This document shows, in pieces, positions 32,380-43,537 of a stretch of DNA of 64,000 nucleotides. A program made the position numbers and the translations under genes. The number at the start of each line of letters is the position of its first letter. The first letter of the stretch is position 1. The notes below the pieces were generated by a model. The model was not told the origin of the DNA, searched no databases, and worked only from the letters and a program-made list of their open reading frames with translations. This DNA comes from Nitrospirota bacterium (lineage in GTDB: Bacteria > Nitrospirota > JACRHJ01): positions 43,071 to 107,070 of the forward strand of contig CAVTDB010000001.1 of assembly GCA_963733375.1 (NCBI GenBank), read 5' to 3'.

Positions 32380-32796
32380 CCCCAAATACGATATAGAGCA
32401 AAATATCGGTTTTCTCCTGGCGAAGGCATACCAGCGCGGGTTTGCCATGTTCCGCGACAGGCTCCGGGCTACGGCATTACCCCGCCGCAGTTTTCGCTCC
32501 TGGCGTTCTTGTGGAAACAGGACGGCCTGTCCCAGACGGAGCTGTCGGAAAAGAGCCAGATAGACCGGGCGACCATGGTGGGGCTGGTGGACCGAATGGA
32601 GGACGAGGGGCTGGTAAAACGCGAGAAACACGCCTCGGACCGGCGCGCCTGGCGCATCTGCCTCACTGAAAAGGGCAGGGCGTTCGAAGACGAGCTATGT
32701 TCCATCGCTGCCGAGGTAACCGGGCGTCTCACCTCAAAACTCGGTGAGAGCGAAGTCCGGGAACTTAAAAAAATACTTTCAAAGATCAGGCGTTGA
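32380..32796 (+). CDS. MarR family regulator (frameshift near 32470)
   Basis: GITPPQF...GLSQTEL...LVDRME.EGLVKR...DRR. Confidence 0.9.
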   Translation, partial: PQIRYRAKYRFSPGEGIPARVCHVPRQAPGYGITPPQFSLLAFLWKQDGLSQTELSEKSQIDRATMVGLVDRMEDEGLVKREKHASDRRAWRICLTEKGRAFEDELCSIAAEVTGRLTSKLGESEVRELKKILSKIRR

Positions 32797-32805
32797 CGGA
32801 GGGTA

Positions 32806-33894
32806 ATGATGCCGGAAGAGAAAAGCGAAGTCCCGGCGAAAAAAACCGGGCAACGGGAACAAGAAAAAGCGTGGTGCGGCCGTGATACTGCTGGCGCTGA
32901 TCGTCATAGGCGGCTTCATCGGCATCAGGGTATATGCACTTTCCAAAATCCATGTGAACACCGACGACGCCTTCATCGACGCGCATGTTTACCAGGTCTC
33001 GGCACGGGTATCGGGATATGTGAAGCAGGTAAACGTGGACGACAACCAGATGGTGAAAAAGGGGGACCTGCTTGTATTGCTGGACCGGTCCGATTATATT
33101 ACCGCGGTCAACGATGCAGCCGCGTCCTTGGACCTTGCGAAAAACGAAACTCACGGGGACGTGGCAAGCGTCGGCTCCGCCGAGGCCGCGGTAAACCTGG
33201 CGAAGTCCCGGTTAGACCTGGCCCGGAAGAATGATGCGCGCGGGAGAAATCCTGTTTAAAAAAGGGATAATCGCGAAGACAGGACCTGGACACGCTGGCA
33301 ACGGATAAAAAGGTCGCCGCGGCATCGCTGAAAGACGCCGAGGACGCCCTGAAGAAAGCCGCCGCTACCGCCGGTTTTCTTGTCCCGGGCGGCGACAAGG
33401 CGAAGATAGCGCAGAAGGAGGCCCAGCTTGCGCAGGCGAAACTGAACCTGGACTACACCTCCATTGTCTCTCCCGCGGACGGCTATGTTACAAAAAAATC
33501 GGTCGAACCGGGCAATAACGTGCAGCCGGGGCAGGCGCTTCTGGCCGTCGTGGAACTCAATAATACCTGGGTGACCGCAAACTACAAGGAGAGCCAGCTC
33601 ACCTACGTCCGTCCGGGCCAGCCTGTGGATTTTACCGTAGATACCTATCCGAATATGAAGTTCAGGGGCAAAGTCGACAGCATAATGGCCGGCACCGGGG
33701 CGGCTTTTTCACTCCTGCCGCCGGAGAACGCGACGGGCAATTACGTAAAGATCGTCCAGAGAATACCGGTAAAAATCCTTATAGACCAGGCGAGCGACCC
33801 GAACCATCTTCTCCGGGTCGGGATGAGCGTCGTACCTACGATAAACACCGGCAAATCCATTATGCAGGTCCTGCGGGACGCGGTTGGCATTTAG
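32806..33894 (+). CDS. emrA: EmrA/HlyD family membrane fusion protein (frameshifted)
   Basis: TDDAF, ANYKESQL, FSLLPPENATGNYVKIVQRIPV. Confidence 0.9.
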
Positions 33895-33909
33895 CCGGGA
33901 CTTAAATTA

Positions 33910-35457
33910 ATGGCTGAGCCCAAAAAAGTAAATAAGTGGCTTGTCACCCTCGCGGTGATGCTCCCCACGCTGATGGAGATCATCGACACCTCCGTCGCAA
34001 ACGTCGCCCTGCCGCATATGCAGGGAAGTTTCAGCGCCGGGGCGGACGAGATAACGTGGGTCCTGACCAGCTACCTTGTCAGCAACGCGGTGGTGCTCCC
34101 GATGACCGGCTGGCTGGGCAGCGTCTTCGGAAGGAAAAGGTTCCTCATCTCCTGCATCACGCTTTTCACCATCGCGTCTTTTCTTTGCGGCGCGGCCCCG
34201 AACCTCGGCATGCTGATATTCTTCCGCGTGCTCCAGGGCGCGGCGGGCGGGGCGCTTCAGCCGATGAGCCAGGCGATAATGCTGGAGACGTTCCCGACAT
34301 CGGAGCGGGGATTAGCCATGGCCATATTCGGCGTAGGCGCCATGTTCGGCCCCATTATCGGCCCGGCGCTCGGAGGCTGGATAACGGACAACATAAGCTG
34401 GCGCTGGATATTCTACATCAATATCCCGACAGGCTTCGTAGCCGTGATCATGGCGAAGTACTTCGTGTTCGACCCGTCGTACATAAAGAAGAAAGTCATG
34501 AGCATCGACTACATCGGCCTCGGTCTTTTAGTGGTGGGCATGGGTGCGCTCCAGGTAGTGCTGGACAAGGGCGAGCGGGAGGACTGGTTCAGCTCGCCTT
34601 TCATCGTTATTTTTGCGGCCGCGGCTATTATCGCGATTATCAGCCTCATATATTACGAGCTTCACCACGAGCACCCGATAGTCCATCTGAGGCTTTTCAA
34701 GGACAGGTCCTTCGCGGCCGGAAACTTCCTGATGTTCATGTTCGGTTTCTGCCTGTACAGCACCATCACGCTCATCGCGCTCCTGCTGCAGACGCTGATG
34801 GGTTATGACGCGACGCTGGCCGGGATGGTGCTGGCTCCCGGAGGTATCGCGACTCTTCTCACGATGCCCATAGTGGGCGTGGCGCTGAAGAAATACGACG
34901 GGAGGAAGATAGTTTTTGCCGGCCTTATTATCGGTTCGACCGCGCTTTTCCAGATGAGCCGGTTTACCCTTGACGCGTCCTACTGGACCTTCGTATGGCC
35001 GCGCGTCGTGCTCGGCATGGGGCTCGCCATGATATTCGTGCCGCTTACCACCCTCACCTTCGCGTCCATCCCGAAAGAGGAGATGGGGAACGCGACGGGG
35101 TTTTTTAACCTGCTCCGGAACATGGGCGGCGGCATCGGCATTGGCATTTCGGCGACGATCCTGCAGAGGTATTCGCAGTTCTACCAGAACGTGCTGGTAA
35201 CTCACGTGAACCCGTACAACCCTGTATTCCAGCGGAATTTCAACCAGATGAAGGCGGGACTTATAGCGAAGGGCGTAGCGCCGACGGCCGCGGGACCCAA
35301 GACGCTGGCCCTGCTTTACGCGCAGATCCAGAGGCAGGCGGGGATGCTGGCATATAACCGCGTATTTTTTATATTATGCATCGCGTTCGTTTCAGTAATC
35401 CCGTTCCTGCTTCTGCTGAAACGCGCGAAGGGAGAGGGCCCGGCGGGAATGCATTAA
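33910..35457 (+). CDS. emrB: DHA2 family MFS efflux permease
   Basis: DTSVANVALP, WVLTSYL, GPALGGWIT, WRWIFYIN. Confidence 0.93.
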   Translation: MAEPKKVNKWLVTLAVMLPTLMEIIDTSVANVALPHMQGSFSAGADEITWVLTSYLVSNAVVLPMTGWLGSVFGRKRFLISCITLFTIASFLCGAAPNLGMLIFFRVLQGAAGGALQPMSQAIMLETFPTSERGLAMAIFGVGAMFGPIIGPALGGWITDNISWRWIFYINIPTGFVAVIMAKYFVFDPSYIKKKVMSIDYIGLGLLVVGMGALQVVLDKGEREDWFSSPFIVIFAAAAIIAIISLIYYELHHEHPIVHLRLFKDRSFAAGNFLMFMFGFCLYSTITLIALLLQTLMGYDATLAGMVLAPGGIATLLTMPIVGVALKKYDGRKIVFAGLIIGSTALFQMSRFTLDASYWTFVWPRVVLGMGLAMIFVPLTTLTFASIPKEEMGNATGFFNLLRNMGGGIGIGISATILQRYSQFYQNVLVTHVNPYNPVFQRNFNQMKAGLIAKGVAPTAAGPKTLALLYAQIQRQAGMLAYNRVFFILCIAFVSVIPFLLLLKRAKGEGPAGMH

Positions 35458-35789
35458 GCTATTCCAACTTTCTTGATCGTCTTGACCTGAAGCACCGTAT
35501 ATTTCCCGCGCTCGACGCCGGTCTTCTCTTTCAGCGTCCCGGTTACAACGGCCCGCTGTCCTTTATACTGCCGCATATTCGTGTCGCCGGGGTCCAGCTC
35601 TATCTGCTTGAATATCCTTCCGCCCACCGCCGTCTCGAAATCCAGGACCAGCGCCCAGCCCGTCGTCTCTCCGCCGATGGCCATCACCTGCCGCACCGTG
35701 CCGGAAAGTTGCAGCTCTTCGGGCGCCTTGTCCGCGAAAGCGGCAGTGGCAAAAAGGGCAATACACATAAACGTAATTAAATATTTCAT
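35454..35789 (-). CDS. Small exported hypothetical protein
   Basis: Signal peptide; AIGGETTGW; ATGA overlap with radA stop. Confidence 0.7.
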   Translation of the reverse strand: MKYLITFMCIALFATAAFADKAPEELQLSGTVRQVMAIGGETTGWALVLDFETAVGGRIFKQIELDPGDTNMRQYKGQRAVVTGTLKEKTGVERGKYTVLQVKTIKKVGIA

Positions 35790-37153
35790 TGCAGCACCGC
35801 CTCCAGGGCCTCGTCGGCCTGCTCGACGCCAATAAGCTCAATCCCCTTCACCTTGTGCATTTTCGAGAGGTTCGCCGCGGGCAGGACGCACCGCTCAAAC
35901 CCAAGCTTCGCCGCCTCGTACGCGCGCATCTCCGCCTGGCCTATCGCCCGCACTTCTCCGCCCAGGCCCACCTCGCCCATCACCACGGTCCGCGCGGATA
36001 CCGGCACGTCCTTGAACGCCGAAGCCACAGCCGCCATCAGCCCCAGGTCCACGGACGGCTCGTCCACCTTCAGGCCGCCGACCACGTTCACGTACACGTC
36101 CTGCCCCATCAGGTGCAGGCCGACACGCTTTTCCAGCACCGCAAGCAGAAGCGTAAAGCGCCCGAAGTCCACGCCGATTGCCGTGCGGCGGGGGTTGCCG
36201 AACGTCGTGGGCGTAACCAGCGCCTGAAGCTCCGCCATGATGGGCCGCGTCCCCTCCACCGTGGACACCACGACAGAGCCGGTCACGTCGCTCCTTCGCT
36301 CCGCCAGGAAAATCTCCGAGGGGTTCTTCACCTCTTTCAGGCCCGCGCCCTTCATCTCGAACACGCCTATTTCATTGGTCGAGCCGAAGCGGTTTTTAAC
36401 CGCCCTGAGTATCCTGAACGCATGGCCACGGTCGCCTTCGAAGTACAGCACCGTGTCCACCATATGCTCCAGCACGCGCGGCCCGGCGATGGAGCCGTCC
36501 TTTGTCACGTGCCCCACGATGAAGACCGGCGTCCCCGTCTTCTTTGCGAACGCGACCAGTTGCCCCGCGCCCTCGCGCACCTGGGATATGCTGCCCGGCG
36601 CGGACGAGATGCTTGCCGTGTAAAGCGTCTGGACGGAGTCCACCACGAATGCGTCCGGCTTCACGTCCGCCGCGTGGCGCAAAATGTCCTCAAGGTTGTT
36701 CTCCGCAAGGACGTATAGCCCGTCCGAGCTGCAACCGAGCCTTTCGCCCCGGAGCTTTATCTGGCGCGGGGACTCCTCGCCGGAGCAGTACAGCACGCGC
36801 TTCCCGCGCCTCGCCAGCTCGTCCATCGCCTGTAGCATCAGCGTAGATTTCCCGATGCCGGGGTCGCCTCCGACCAGCACGACGGAGCCTTTCACGATGC
36901 CGCCGCCAAGCACGCGGTCAAGCTCTCCGATGCCGACGGAATCCCGGTGCTCGCCCTCGCTATGTATCTCTCCGATTGGCGTGGGGCGGCCCTTCGCGGT
37001 GTCGATATACTGCGCCGCTATCCCGCGCTGTGGCGGGGCTTCGCGCTCCTCGACCATCGTGTTCCATCCGCCGCACTCCGGGCACTTCCCCATCCATTTC
37101 GGGGACATCGAGCCGCAGGCCTGACACGCGAAAAATGTTTTTTCTTTAGGCAT
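35786..37153 (-). CDS. radA: DNA repair protein RadA/Sms
   Basis: C4 zinc finger, GDPGIGKSTL, KNRFG. Confidence 0.97.
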   Translation of the reverse strand: MPKEKTFFACQACGSMSPKWMGKCPECGGWNTMVEEREAPPQRGIAAQYIDTAKGRPTPIGEIHSEGEHRDSVGIGELDRVLGGGIVKGSVVLVGGDPGIGKSTLMLQAMDELARRGKRVLYCSGEESPRQIKLRGERLGCSSDGLYVLAENNLEDILRHAADVKPDAFVVDSVQTLYTASISSAPGSISQVREGAGQLVAFAKKTGTPVFIVGHVTKDGSIAGPRVLEHMVDTVLYFEGDRGHAFRILRAVKNRFGSTNEIGVFEMKGAGLKEVKNPSEIFLAERRSDVTGSVVVSTVEGTRPIMAELQALVTPTTFGNPRRTAIGVDFGRFTLLLAVLEKRVGLHLMGQDVYVNVVGGLKVDEPSVDLGLMAAVASAFKDVPVSARTVVMGEVGLGGEVRAIGQAEMRAYEAAKLGFERCVLPAANLSKMHKVKGIELIGVEQADEALEAVLQ

Positions 37154-38283
37154 TATGTTTTCCTATAGCTTGTCGCCATTTCTTTAATCATTTCTTGAAA
37201 TACTTCAAATTCTGTATCGAAATCTATTATATATTTAAAATCATGTCTTTATTGGCAAACAACATTAAGCTTCATTATCTCATTCTGGTAAATTTTTATG
37301 CATTCGCAATTTCCGCTACATTTTATAACAATACTAATGGAAACCATCCTCAGTAATTAGATCTATATTCATGAACTGCCAAAGCTACGATGAAATGAAA
37401 ACTGTGAATCTAATAAATGTAATTACTTATAGATTTTTTAACTACAGTCTATCAAGTGTTCTAATGGGTTTTTCATGAAATGACCATTCGGATATCTTTA
37501 TCATAAAATGAAAGCCTAGATCAGTTAAATGCATACATAACTGGTCAACTTCACAAATGTCGGAAACATAAATTTATTTATTATAGCAGATGATCGACAT
37601 AATCTTCTTCGTACATATAGATTCTACAAATAGGAGATTTACAAGTTCGATTAATATGTTAACTACTCGATTAATTAATAAACGAATCTTATTAATTTAC
37701 TCAATGGAAAGTTTTTAAAAAATCATCGATATTAATTAAGGAATTCAGTGGACAAAAGATTTTTAAAAACAAGGAATTTGTGATATGATACTATTTCTTA
37801 AATTAATCTGATTTCATTGATGAGCTTTAATTCTTTTATCAGATTTTTCAAATATATTTTGAAAATCGCATTCTAATTTTCACAATGTAAATTTCGCATT
37901 TTCATTACATTGCCAATATTATCATTATTATCTTTCATGCTTCGTCTCGTATTATATAACATTTTAAGTAATGGAGCAAAATATATTTAAATACTTAAAA
38001 TTAATTAAGTAAGATACTTTTTCTAGATGCATTTACTGCTTATATGACTAGAATCGAAAATGATCATAAATATAACTGGCTAAGTGCTGTTTTTATCATG
38101 AATTTACCAAATAGTCGAATAGTATGATTTCAATTATATAACTTATAAATCAAATGTAACCTATTGGGCATAAATCTTCAATTAGTTCTAATTGCTAACA
38201 CTATCATCTAAATTGATACTTATTGATTTGACTTTACTGCTCGATTTTTTCTCTTCACTTAAAATTGATAATCTATTAGACAT
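37153..38283 (-). pseudogene. AT-rich broken ORF between alr and radA
   Basis: ATG at 38283 just after the alr stop; terminal ...FQEMIKEMATSYRKT* overlaps radA ATG (TAATG); many stops in between. Confidence 0.45.
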
Positions 38284-38300
38284 TATTTTCCTTAATTTCT

Positions 38301-39412
38301 TTAATACTCCCTCCCTACCCGCTTGCTCACACTGCAAAGCACCTCATACGAAATCGTATCGAGTAAGCCCGGCGACTTCTTCGGCGGTGATTTGTTCATT
38401 GCCCTGCTGGCCGATGATTACCGCCTCGTCATAGACCTTCGCATTGGGGACTTCGCTTACGTCCACCATTATCATGTCCATGCAGACGGTGCCGACGATG
38501 GGACAGCGTTTCCCGCCGATGAGCACGCTCCCGCGGTTGCTTAATTTGCGGTTAAGCCCGTCCGCGTACCCGATGGGGAGAGTGGCGATTAAGCTTTCCT
38601 TTTTCGTGTAGAACGTCCGGCCGTAGCTTATCGGCGTATCCGGCCCGACTTTTTTTATGTGCATGATTTTCGTCTTCAGGCTCATCACGGGCTTGAAGGT
38701 TCACTTTGCCGCGCATCTCTTCGGACGGATAACAGCCGTAGAGCATTATGCCGGGGCGCACCATGTTGAAATGCGCGGCGGCGAAATCTATCACGGCGGC
38801 GCTCCCGGACGCGTGCGCGAGAGGTATCTCTACCCCCTCTGCCCGGAGGCGCTCCACAACCATCTTGAACCGCTCCACCTGCATCTCGGCGAAAGATTTA
38901 TCCGGCTCACTCACGTCCGAGAGGTGCGTCATAAGACCCTCTACCCTCAGCCCCGGCATCTTCGATATGAGCAGGACGAAATCCACCGAGTCCTCCGGCA
39001 TGACCCCGACGCGGCTCATTCCCGTATCGATTTTCACGTGCACGGGCAGGGTTTTGCCCGCGCGGGTGGCCGCCTCGGAGAACGCTTCCGCCAGTACCGC
39101 GGTATAAATCACGGGGGTAAGGTTATATTCCAGAAGGTCATCCACCTGGTGCTCGAACACTCCGCCCAGGACGAGTATTTCCGAATTTATCCCGGCGGCT
39201 CGAAGCTCGACACCCTCCTCTACAAGGGCCACGCCAAGCATGTCCACGCCCTCGGAAACGAGCCGCCTCGCGCACTCGACCGCGCCGTGCCCGTATGCGT
39301 CCGCCTTCACCACGCCCAGAACTTTGCCCCCACCGGCGCACCGGCGCACTTCGCCCAGGTTATGCGCCAGGGCGGACAGGTCTATATGTGCGGTTGTGGG
39401 ACGGCCAGTCAT
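38301..39412 (-). CDS. alr: Alanine racemase (frameshifted)
   Basis: VVKADAYGHG, KIDTGMSR, VRPGIMLYG, IGYADG, VCMD. Confidence 0.95.
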
Positions 39413-39436
39413 TTTAATACCTCTCCAAAAAAATCA

Positions 39437-39496
39437 GGGAGGACACGCGGGTCCTCCCCTACAGTTCTGTAGGGGCCGACCCATTCGTGTCGGCCC
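39437..39496. repeat. Inverted pair of GTAG-family REP sequences
   Basis: Minus strand GTAGGGGAGGACCCGCGTGTCCTCCC; plus strand GTAGGGGCCGACCCATTCGTGTCGGCCC; 6-bp spacer. Confidence 0.75.
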
Positions 39497-39611
39497 TTTA
39501 ATTTAATGATGTCTCAACTTTATACTCCTTCCCTCCCCCATTCGCAACATAATTTTGATTATCCCCTCAATTTTATTGACTTTAAACGCGGTTTCACGTA
39601 TGCTTCCAGGG

Positions 39612-40605
39612 ATGGAAAGAGCAGGTTTCACCACTACCGTCCCCGTGGAAGTAATCCTCGCCGCAGGGCTTATACCGGTCGATTTAAATAACGTCTTCAT
39701 AACCTCCGACGACCCCGGCGATACCGTTGACCGCGCGGAGGCTATCGGCTTCCCGAGGACGACCTGCGGCTGGATAAAGGGGCTGTACCTCTCGGCGAAG
39801 GAGATGGGCATAGAGCAAATCGTCGCCGTCACGCAGGGCGACTGCTCGAATACCCATGCCCTGATGGAACTCTGGCAGGCGGACGGACTACAGATTATCC
39901 CGTTCGCCTATCCGTACGACCGGGACGCGGACCTTTTGCGCCTCCAGATACATAAGCTCATGGACGCTTTGGGCGCAAGCGAGGAGCGGACGCTGAAAAT
40001 TTTTCGTGAGCTGATTCCGTTAAGGCGGAAACTCCGCGCGGCTGGACGAGATGACTTGGAGGGACGGTAAAGTCACTGGCGCGGAGAACCACGTCTGGTT
40101 AGTGTCGGCAAGCGATTTCGACGGCGACCCCGGCAAGTTCGAGGCGCGGCTGGATACATTTTTAGACGAGGCCGGACGCCGCGAGCCTCTGCCTGAAAAT
40201 GTCGTGCGGCTTGGTTACATCGGCGTGCCGCCGATTTTTTCCGACCTCCACGAAGTTGCGGAAAAGGCGGGTGCGCGGGTAGTTTTAAACGAGGTGCAAA
40301 GACAGTTCTCCATGCCGTATGAAACAGGCGATATATATGAGCAGTACGCTCGGTACACATACCCGTACGACGTCTTCGGGCGCATCCGGGACATTAAGGA
40401 GCAGATGACGCTTCGCCGCATGGACGGCATCATACATTACTGCCAGAGCTTCTGCTTCCGGGCAATCGAAGACCTGATACTGAGGCGGGAAGTCAAAATC
40501 CCGGTGCTGACAATCGAAGGGGACCGCCCGGGCCCGGTGGACGCGAGGACGCGCATCAGGCTGGAAGGATTTATCGAAATGTTAAGGGACAGGCTTCTAA
40601 AATGA
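39612..40605 (+). CDS. 2-hydroxyacyl-CoA dehydratase (HgdB-like) family protein (frameshift near 40040)
   Basis: GFTTTVPVE, CGWIKG, GDCSNT, QSFCFR, TRIRLEGFIEM. Confidence 0.8.
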
Positions 40606-41359
40606 AACGCTGCGGGATGGATTTAGGGTCGAGGCAGGTGAAGCTCGTCTTGATCGAGGACGGCGTCGCCGTACTCAAAAAAAGCTTCGACACCGCCGCG
40701 TTTTACCGCGAATACGGGAGGACTAAGGACGGCGAACTTTCCGTCGGGCTATCTCAAGCTCGGCCTGCCTGAGGATGTCCCGCTTACGGTAACAGGCTAT
40801 GGCAGAAACGCCGTAAAGGTAAAGGGCGCGCAGGTCATCTCCGAGGTGAAGGCGCACGCTCTGGGCGCGGTATTCCAGACCGGGCTTATGGGCTTTGTCC
40901 TTTTGGATATCGGCGGCCAGGACACCAAGGTGGTCAAGGTATCCGGCGGCAGGATGGAAGACTTCACGATGAACGACAAATGCGCGGCCTCGTCCGGGCG
41001 CTACATAGAGAACATGGCGAACGTCCTGGCCATGCCCCTGGACGAAATTTCACGTTACTCAGCGAAGTCCCGTCCACCTCTCGGCCACCTGCGCCATATT
41101 CGGGGAGAGCGAGATAATCCAGAAGATGACCGAAGGGAAGCTTCCGGAGCATATCGCCGCGGGAATAAACCTGACCGTCGTGAAGCGCGTCCTGCCGATG
41201 CTGGCCCGGTACCCGGAGGGGCCGGTAGTCTTTGCCGGAGGGGTGGCCAGGAATGCGGCGGTAGCTTATTTCATCAAGGCAAAGACGGGCCGCGACCTGG
41301 TGACCGTCCCCGACCCGTTATTCAACGGGGCTATCGGCTGCGCGATATTCGATAAGTAA
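40602..41359 (+). CDS. Acyl-CoA dehydratase activase (HgdC/BadFG ATPase; frameshifted)
   Basis: GMDLGSR, TGYGR, DIGGQDTK, MNDKCAASSG, GGVARN. Confidence 0.88.
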
Positions 41360-41426
41360 TTTCTTGCAAACCGGGCTTCACCTGTATATAATCCTGAATA
41401 ATCCTTTCTAATACGGGCGGTTTCGA

Positions 41427-42867
41427 ATGTTATCCAGAATACTTATAATCAGCACCAACCGGGAGATGTCACCCCAGCCGGTGGCCCCGGCGGGCGCGGC
41501 ATGGATCGCGGAGGCGCTGTCAGGGGCCGGTTTCGATACGCGGCTTTTGGACCTGTCCTTCGAAAAGGACCCTGTTCGCCGCGTAATAAAGGCGCTGAAC
41601 GACTGGAAGCCCGAAGGTATCGGGATCTCCGTGCGCAACGCCGATAACGGCGACTTCCTCTCTCCCAGGAGCTTTCTGCCGGACGTAAAGGAAATCACGG
41701 AAGCCATAAAGCAGAACAGCTCCGCGCGCATCATCATCGGCGGGCCGGGAGTCAGTATAATGCCCCGCGAGATGCTGGACTACCTCGGGCTGGACTGGGC
41801 GTGCATGGGAGAGGGCGAGGAGGCGGTGGTCGCGTTTTTCAATGCTCAAAAACCCGAAGACGTCGCGGATTTTCCGGGCATCGTCTCTAATAAATGCCTG
41901 CTGGCGTGGAATGAGCGCAAGGAGTGGATAAGCCCGGACACGGTCCGGCCTAAGCTCCACGGCTGGGTGGACGTAAAGAGGTATCTTAATTTCGAGCCCG
42001 TGCTGCCGGTGCAGGGGAAAAGGGGCTGCGCGAACAACTGCCTGTACTGCACGTATAACCGCATCGAGGGACGGTCCTGGAGGTTAAGGGAGCCGTCGGC
42101 GGTGGCGGAGGAGATTTCGGAACTGATACTGCGCACGGGCGCCCGGACGTTCGAGTTCGTGGACAGCATATTCAACCAGCCCGAAGGTTACATGGAGGAG
42201 CTCCTGGAGGAGCTTATCAGGTGGGACCTGAAGGCGAAATTCCACGTTTCGTCCATGACTCCGAAGGGACTTGACGAAAAAGCAGGTCGCCCTGATGGAA
42301 CGCGCCGGCATAACCGCGGTGGGCATAACGCCGGAATCCGCCGCCGACGAAACGCTCACCTCCCTCCGGAAGGGGTTTACGGAAGCCGAGGTGCAAAATG
42401 CGGCGGAGCTGCTTAAAAACTCGTCCATCAAGGCGCTCTGGTGCTTCCTCATGGGCGGCCCCAAAGAAGACGAACTGACCGTAAAAAAGACGCTCGATTT
42501 TATAAACGGAAGGATCCCGGCGAAGGACAAGGCTTTTTTGACGACCGGCATCCGGATTTATCCGCACACCGGGATGCACGAACGGGCCCTGAAGGAGGGA
42601 GTGGTCTCACCCTCGGATTCGTTGCTTATGCCGACTTTCTATTTTACTGAAAAACTCTCGCCCGAAGAGATGAGGGGCATTATAAAGAGCCGCCTCACGG
42701 ACAGCCGCAAAGTTATTTTCCTTAGCGATACGAACTTCCCGTCACTTGGCGCGCTTCGCTGGATGGGCACGAAACTCCGTCTCCCCTCGCCTTTCTGGAG
42801 CTATGCGAACTACATGAACTTGATGCTGTCCGGCAGAAGGGTGATAAACAGGGAGTGGGAGAGGTAG
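41427..42867 (+). CDS. B12-binding-domain radical SAM protein (frameshift near 42272)
   Basis: SVRNADN, GEGE, KRGCANNCLYC, FVDSIFN, GIRIYPHT. Confidence 0.85.
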
Positions 42868-42962
42868 CCCGCCGGGCTTGACTTTTGACGTGTTGCTAAG
42901 CCGCGCAATGGACGCGGCATGCCCGAAAACGTCTTTAAAAACATCCCAACACTCCAAATCTA

Positions 42963-42992
42963 TTGACATCACTACGATTTTCATGATATAAA
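42963..42992 (+). promoter_or_regulatory. Sigma70 promoter of ndk
   Basis: TTGACA, then TG-n-TATAAA extended -10. Confidence 0.55.
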
Positions 42993-43032
42993 ACTCTTTT
43001 ACCAAAACATTTACAGGAGGCTTTGGACAGGC

Positions 43033-43456
43033 ATGTCAATTGAACGGACACTTTCGATAGTAAAACCGGACGGAGTCAAACAGGGCAACATCGGCGGCGT
43101 CGTCTCGACATTTGAGAAGAACGGCCTCAAGATTGCGGCCATGAAGATGATATATATGGATAAGAAAGCGGCGGAAGGTTTCTATGCCGTGCATCAGGGA
43201 GAGGCCGTTTTTCGGCTCGCTCACCGATTTCATGTCCTCCGGGCCATGCGTCGTGATGGTGCTTGAAGGCGAGAGCGCCATAGCGAAAAACCGCGAGCTG
43301 ATGGGCGCCACGAACCCGGCCAACGCAGCCGATGGGACGCTCCGGAAGCAGTTCGCGACCTCCGTGGAGCAGAACGTCGTGCACGGCTCGGACGCGCCGG
43401 AGACGGCGAAGTTCGAGATATCTTATTTTTTCAATGCGCTGGAGATAGTGGGATAA
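43033..43456 (+). CDS. ndk: Nucleoside diphosphate kinase (frameshift near 43197)
   Basis: [23 protein letters not shown]. Confidence 0.96.
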
Positions 43457-43537
43457 TTTTCAATCACTTTAATCCTTCCCGGGCACCCGTCAAAGACGGG
43501 TCGGACGGGGGACTGAAGTGGGGGCTGGAGGCTGATA

